Assembly (NCBI GenBank): GCA_013239625.1
Contig: MU053933.1
Location: 560,001-624,000 of the forward strand
Reading direction: 5' to 3'
Length of the DNA: 64,000 nucleotides
DNA from: Lama guanicoe
Taxonomy: Eukaryota
Part shown: in pieces, positions 60,336 to 64,000 of the stretch
Layout of the letters: the number at the start of each line of letters is the position of its first letter
How positions within the stretch are numbered: the stretch's first letter is position 1
Program-made: the position numbers and the translations under genes
Notes under the pieces: generated by a model
What the model saw: only the letters and a program-made list of their open reading frames with translations
Told to the model about the DNA's origin: nothing
The model's database searches: none

Positions 60336-63300
60336 GTGAGTGCATTTGGGCCACAAGTGGTCCAGAACGGCACGAAATCCATGCTGCACACGGGCGTGGA
60401 GGGGCCTTTTTGCGCCGGTTTGGTCTGTGGTTCGGCGCCCGGCTGTCTGCGTTCAGGGGACGGCGGCATCTCAGTGTGCCCTCGGGGTTGGCAGCCAGCG
60501 CCCGGGGTGACCACGCTGCCTCAAGAGACCCAGGGGATGCCCAGCCTCAGGGTCAGACCCAGCGCTCTGCCTCGCTCAGTGTTCAACACGCTTTATACGC
60601 CATTGTTCTTTATAAAAAGCTCACAATGAAGATGGTTAGTCATTCATTTAAAAATAGCAAGCCTCCTCCCACACACACTTGCGAGGAGGAATTTGCTTCT
60701 CACGTGCTACTAACCAGCGTTTTAAACATCACGTAAACGAAGCCCTTCTAATCCCTCTCGTTGCTTTTTTGCTTCCCGAAACCCCAGGGGGCAAGAGGGT
60801 GTCGGGCAAGCAGAGCCAGCGGGGAGCTCCACAAAGCCTGCGCAGCCCGGCCTATGCTTGCGCGCCGTCTAAGGGAAACTCAGCCTCCCTCCTCTCCGTG
60901 CTGCGGGATCTCCAGCGTACGGATAGAATTGGGCGGATTTCCACTCCTATGACATCGTCTTGTCTCCCAACACCCCACAGGACCAGGTCCAGCAGCGGGA
61001 AGAGTCGGATCATGGGTTGGTGCCAGGGGTGCAAACTGGCTCTCCATCTCAAAGTAAAATGGAATGAAGAGGAAACAGTCAAACACACGGAGGAAATGCT
61101 GATAGCCCCTCTGTTTACCACCTTTGTTCCCTCTTGTCGCGCAGCTGATATCACGTGATGTAAGCCACTCTGGAGCGCTGGGCACCTTTGAGGCCACCCC
61201 CTCCTTCGCTGTGCCTCCTCGCCCCACCCGGCTCTTCAGAACCCTCAGGATTCAGCCTGGGAATCGGGGGCAAGGGAACGGGATGGGGTAACCACAAAGC
61301 CGGGGTAGGAGACCCCGATTTCTGTGAAAAGGAAAACTCCGCCTTGCTGCTGCGAAGACATTTCACGTGGGCTCTTTGATTCTGCAGCTGAAAGGAATAA
61401 AACTGATCAATGGAACCCCAGAGATGTGGGCAGTGACGTGGGTGTCTCCGTCCCCTGTGAAAGCGGGGGCCTGGGCTGTGACTCAGTTGTGCAGGCTGAA
61501 AGCAGAGGGCCCTCCAGGATGGCGAATCTGTTCTGAACAGTGAACCCAGACACGCTGCAGGGTGGGCATCCCTTGGGGTGCGGGAAACCCCGTGTGGCCG
61601 GGGACGACCGGTTTACACCTACCATGGGGGTGAGTGGACAAGGGAGGGCGGAGGGTCTTGCTGGCAGAGAGAGAGCCCTGTAATGGAGCAGAATTAAGCC
61701 CACGAGGGGCCCTCTTCAGGCCTGGACCTGCTGGACAAACTTGGGCCCTGGCCTCCAGCGCCCCGGGCTTCCATCTGTAACGGGGGTGGAAGGCCAGGCC
61801 CCTACCTGCTCCCCGGGCGGCATGAAGCTGAATTATCTGATGTCTTTACGTCTGAGCTCCACGGAGCAGGTGCGATGCGTGAGTAAGTGGGCCACGGGAT
61901 GGCTTCCCTGCAGCGTGGCCCGCAGGGTCCAGCCTCTCCACGTGGGAAAGGGAGCGGGGGAAGGGCTTTAGCTGAAGGCCGGGAGTGTGTGCTTACATCT
62001 CAGCGGACCCCACTGACGAGCACTGATAGCCCCCTGCGCCGGCTTTGTCTGTTAAGTCATGGCCTTCAGAGGCCAGCTTCTGGCCCCCATCTGGTATCTG
62101 GTGCAAGTCTTAGGGGAGGGTCCCGGAACCCCCTCTGCTGCTCACACAGAAGGCGCAGGCGCAGGCGCAGGATAGCCCTCTTGGCAGAGAACGGCGGTGT
62201 CTCTGGGGAGGGCCCGCCAGGTACTTGTCCTCCACGTGTCTGGTGAAGACTCCGACGGGAAGAGGACCTCGTGCTGTTCTCAGCTGGGTTCACAAGAGCA
62301 TCTCATTGGGATGGGTCTTCTCTGCCGCCGTGTGGCTGAGCCGTCCCAGGGAGTGGGAGACCGCCTCTCTGCAGACTGATCTGCTTCTGGGTTGAATGAG
62401 GCAAAGAGCATCCCTGCAGAGTGCACAGGTGCCCGTGGTCCTGCACACGCTCCTCACAGGACACCCACAGCTCGGCAAGGCCAGCCCATCCTCCTGGTCC
62501 CCGCCCGAACCCACGGCAGGACTGTGTGATTGTTCCCAGGAGAGGACAGCGGCCGAGGGCACGTCCTGACTCACTTCTCTCAGCCACAGCGTGTACCTAG
62601 GTTCTGGCTGTTTACACCTCAAGGAGACACAATAGGACGGCATGTTCCAGCAGGTAGTGGAATATTGCCACAGCTTTTCTCATTTCCCAGAAAAGGAGCC
62701 TCAGCCCTCCAGAGCCCCCAGCGAGGGGGCTTTCTCAGGAACGAGGCCTCCCAGGGCCAGGACACTGTCCTTTCTGTTTAGTTTTAAAACAAAACCAGTC
62801 TGTGGAGCGTCACTCTGGAGAGAACCCTGGATGAGAGGCCTGCACGGAGCAGACAGGAGACCTTGACTCTGGCCTCAGCCTCCAGGTCCTCTCGGTGGGG
62901 CTGAGGGCAGGTGGGGGTGAAGACCGGCTCGGCCACAAGGAAGGGGCCCTGAGGTCAGAGAGGTGGAGGGGAAGGGGCGTGTGCCCTGGCTGTGAGCCCC
63001 CAGAGCGAGCCTGGAATGACCAGAGGGAGTCTTTGTCCTGTGCCTTCAGCCTGGGTCCCCGGAGGCCCCTGGAGCCGCGTCGTCCTGGGAAGGCCAACGG
63101 ATGCCGTCTGCACCAGGCAAAGTGTGCGGAAACATGGCCTTTTCCTGGTGACCTCGCTGACCCCCCTTCGGGTTGGTGTCCCTCAGAGACGGTGCATTCT
63201 AGAAGCAGCTGTGGAGCTGGGTTTGGGGGTCAGCAAGGGAGAGGCAGACTGGGATTCGAACCTGAGTCTGCTCCGCCCGTGAAGCAGCAGGGCCCTGGCT

Positions 63301-64000
63301 CTTCCTGTCACCAAAGTCACATTCTGCCCTGACCCTGCACGAGTGATTTAAGAGCCACAGTGGAAATTTTCTTCCTTGTGATTTTCTTCTCCTTTGGGAT
63401 GGGATGACCTCATCTCCCCAGAGAAACCGCTGGGCTGGGGCCCGCCCGCTGCTGCCACCAGGCGCCGAGATGATGGCCGAGTGAATTCCGGCAGGACCTC
63501 CCAGGCCGGCTGCCCCCGGGAGGTGAACCTGGCGTGGAGGCAGGAGGGGTGGCGGCTGACCTCCGCCTTCCTGCCGCTGCCTTCAGGAAGGCGCCCGGAT
63601 GGACTCTGGACACGGAACACGGCAGCCGAAACCAGCGCCACGGCCTGCCCTGAAGCCTGCTGGCCTTCCTGCTCCCGCGGCAGTGCCGGGTCGACGGGCT
63701 CCGCGCACAGGGGCTGTTTATGTCTCCGTGGCATCAGCAGGGCCGCTGAGGGCGGTGGTGACTCCTCTGAGCAGTCTCACTGTCTTGGCTGCCACATCAC
63801 AGACCTTCTCGTCCCATTTACAAGTGCAAGAGGGGCTTCCGTCCTTCTTTCTGAGATACCTGGCCAGTGTGGCTGTGTCTCCAGGAGCTGTGTGTCACGA
63901 AGAGCTGCTGTCGAGTGAATGCTTACTGCGTGCTGAGCGCTTTACCCATTATCTCATTAAAGCATCTGGGTGGCCCCCCGCTTTGTGCTGGTCAGAAACG

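Overview
Mammalian genomic DNA carrying the 5' part of ABCG1 (ABC subfamily G half-transporter, sterol efflux) on the + strand. It is most likely from a camelid, judging by four tRNA-derived SINEs that resemble the camelid Vic-1 family. Five coding exons can be read with GT-AG boundaries and consistent phases (13759-13800, 20254-20497, 55993-56110, 57870-58002, 60285-60335; 588 nt, 196 aa, including Walker A and the Q-loop). The gene continues beyond the window. Exon 1 lies in a TATA-less, GC-box-rich CpG island. Intron 1 holds a DR4/LXR element. The 35.5-kb intron 2 holds a second CpG island with a (GCC)n tract, an NRF1 site, a head-to-head pair of DR4 elements and a candidate alternative first exon that would splice in frame to exon 3. 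Upstream is a decayed, near full-length ancient L1. The introns contain younger L1 3' fragments (one nested and 5'-inverted), MaLR solo LTRs, MIR-like remnants and TG repeats. I see no evidence of a wholly new biological system. The best leads are ABCG1 regulatory and alternative-exon features and retrotransposition signatures. Repeat family names and comparisons to human sequence are from memory and need database confirmation.
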